DNA from: Balanoglossus misakiensis
Lineage: Eukaryota; Animalia; Hemichordata
Direction of reading: 5' to 3'
DNA length: 64,000 bases
NCBI GenBank assembly: GCA_040954595.2
Contig: CM082586.2
Location: 11,377,337-11,441,336, forward strand
Within the stretch, counting starts at the first letter, position 1. Each line of letters begins with the position of its first letter. Below are positions 61,901 through 64,000 of this stretch, in pieces. The translations under genes and the position numbers were made by a program. Below the pieces are notes generated by a model. That model ran no database searches, was not told the DNA's origin, and was given only the letters and a program-made list of their open reading frames with translations.

Positions 61901-64000
61901 AACGCTAGTGTCTGTCATGGTGTGCCGGGGTTTTAGTCGAGCCAGGCCGTAGGAGATCTGACTTGATCATCGTGGTCAATGTACGCGTGTTTCCGCTCTA
62001 AAGTGCCGGGACTTCAGCTAAACCAGGCCGTAGGAAATCCGACGTAATCACCGTTGATAACTTACGCCAGTCTGTGTCATATAGAGCCGGTGCACCAGCC
62101 GAGTCACGCCGTAGAAAATCTGACTTGATCAACGTGGTCAATGTACGCCTGTTTCTGCTCTAGAGTGCCGGGGCTTCAGCTGAGCCAGGCCGTAGGAAAC
62201 CCGACGTGATTACCGTTGTTAACTTACGCCAGTCTGTGTCCTATATATAGTGCCGGGGCATCAGCCGTGCCAGGCCGAAGGAAATGTGAGTAGATCAACG
62301 TGGTCTCTGTACTCGTGTTTCTGCACTAGAGTGTCAGGGCTTTAGCAAAGCCATGCCGTAGGAAATCTGTCTTGATCAACGTTGCTAACGAACGCTAGTG
62401 TCTGTCATAGTGTGCCGGGGTTTTAGTCGAGCCAAGCCGTAGGAGATCAGACTTGATCAACGTAGTCTCTGTACGCGTGTTTCTTCTCTAGAGTGCCGGG
62501 GCTTCAGCTGAGCCAGGCCGTAGGAAACCCATGCCGTAGAAAATCTGACTTGATCACCGTTGCTAACGTACGCTTGTGTCTGTCATATTGTGACGGAGAT
62601 TTAGTCGAGCCAGGCCGTAGAAAAATCGACTTGTTCAACGTTACCAGTGTGCAACTGTTTCTGCTCTAGAGTGTCAGGGTTTTAGCCGACTTATGCTGTA
62701 GGAAATCTGAGTTGATGAACGGGAATTCAATGTTAGAAAACCCGTGTGGAAAGTATCTCTACCCGTTTGAAACTAAGAAAAGAATTCATTCTTATTTATT
62801 TTGTAAAAAAGACAATTTTTCGAAAAAAAGTCGAAAATGGTAATTTTGTCTTGGGTGATTCAAATTATACCACCTTTTCTGGAATTTGCAGCACTTTTTA
62901 CAAGAGAACGACACTTCATGCTCCATAATATTTCCGAAAATGAAGAAAAGAGTTTATTTTTTATTGATTTTTTAAAAATTTACCATTTTTGTCAAAATAT
63001 GGCCAAAATGGCTATTTTTTCTTGAATTCCGTCAATATCTCTGCATTTTTGGAGTGGTCGAAACTTTTAACATACAATCAACATGTCGTTATGATCGGGG
63101 CACCAAATTCGAAGAACAAAGGTTTTTTTATTTTTTTTTCTAAAAATGACATTTTCAAGGAAAATTTGGTAAAACGCAATTGTGTCTGCAGTGAGCCAAA
63201 TTAGACGGTCTTTTGTGGAATTTGTATCGATATATACATACGAAGAGCATTCTATACTCCATCAGATTTCCGAAAATGTAGAAAACTGGTATTTTTTGTA
63301 ATTTTCAAAATTTTTCCATTTTGACCAAATTGTGCTTAAATTGTTATTTTCGCGTTGAATGCCGCCAGTGTTACTGCTTTTAAAAGTCATGAAAACTTTT
63401 AACATACAAGCAATTGTTTATATATGATCAGGTCACCGAATTAAAAAAATAAAGAACGTTTTGACTAAAAATGACCTTTTTGGTGCAAAAACGAAGAAAA
63501 CGCAATTTTGTATTAAATCAGCTCATTCAGAGTGCATTTTTTATAATCAGCACCATTTTTACATATAATGGAAATTTCATACATCATCAGATATCCAAAT
63601 ATGAAAACATGATTTAGATTTTAGATGATTGTCCAAAATTAGCTGATATCTAATAAATGTAGTATTGAACCGTTCTGTTCCCCCCCCTACATTACATGCG
63701 GTACGCCGATGTCAGCTTACCCGGCAGGACTGCAGGCCGTGCCCCCAACTAACGTCGGTGTTTGAAACGCCCTGGTTAACTTCGGGCTTTCTCTATAAAT
63801 TGACAGGCAATAATGCAGTCCTACCCGAACAAATGTCGAGTGTTGACCCGCTGTGACATTCCCTCTTCGGTTTGCCCGACTTAGCCAACGTCTTTGTACT
63901 AGAGTGTCGGGTCTTTTGCAGAGCCAGGCCGAAGGAAATCCGACTTGACCACCGTTGCTAACGAACGCTAGTGACTGTCATGGTGTGCCGGGGTTTTAGT

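Larger units (their letters stand above)
27135..64000. repeat. Composite ~2.0-2.3-kb macrosatellite (AT-rich half, poly-C, GC-rich half of 81-bp subrepeats); at least 8 units, first ones interrupted by transposable elements (TEs)
   Basis: ctgcatttttggagtggtcgaaa recurs at about 27135, 29431, 44277, 52933, 54982, 57035, 59010, 60977, 63041. Confidence 0.95.

Noticed and set aside
54685-63856. Recurrent 60-70-aa ORFs (MESISTRL.., MNRSVPPP..)
   Set aside because: Frames shift between units at homopolymer runs; non-ATG starts; satellite artefacts

Overview
Eukaryotic, repeat-saturated genomic DNA (inference: marine invertebrate metazoan; heterochromatin- or array-edge-like). No conventional host protein-coding gene can be supported. 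1-12.9 kb holds degenerate dispersed and tandem repeats, including two nested inverted-repeat pairs. 12.9-21.6 kb is an 86/82-bp satellite of about 100 copies. 21569-27134 is a 5.6-kb DNA transposon with CAC-starting bipartite terminal inverted repeats (TIRs). It carries a spliced, decayed RAG1/Transib-like DDE transposase (+) and an intact convergent 206-aa ORF (-) that is not RAG2-like; this is the best candidate for an undescribed system. From 27135 to the end is a composite ~2-kb macrosatellite whose first units contain a BEL/Pao LTR retrotransposon (itself interrupted by a LINE), an apparently intact PAT-like tyrosine-recombinase retrotransposon with probable gag-pol stop readthrough, two nested Helentron-type non-autonomous elements, and a TAG-terminal TIR element carrying an L1/Tx1 fragment. 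All assignments come from by-eye motif and junction reading; no database search was run.
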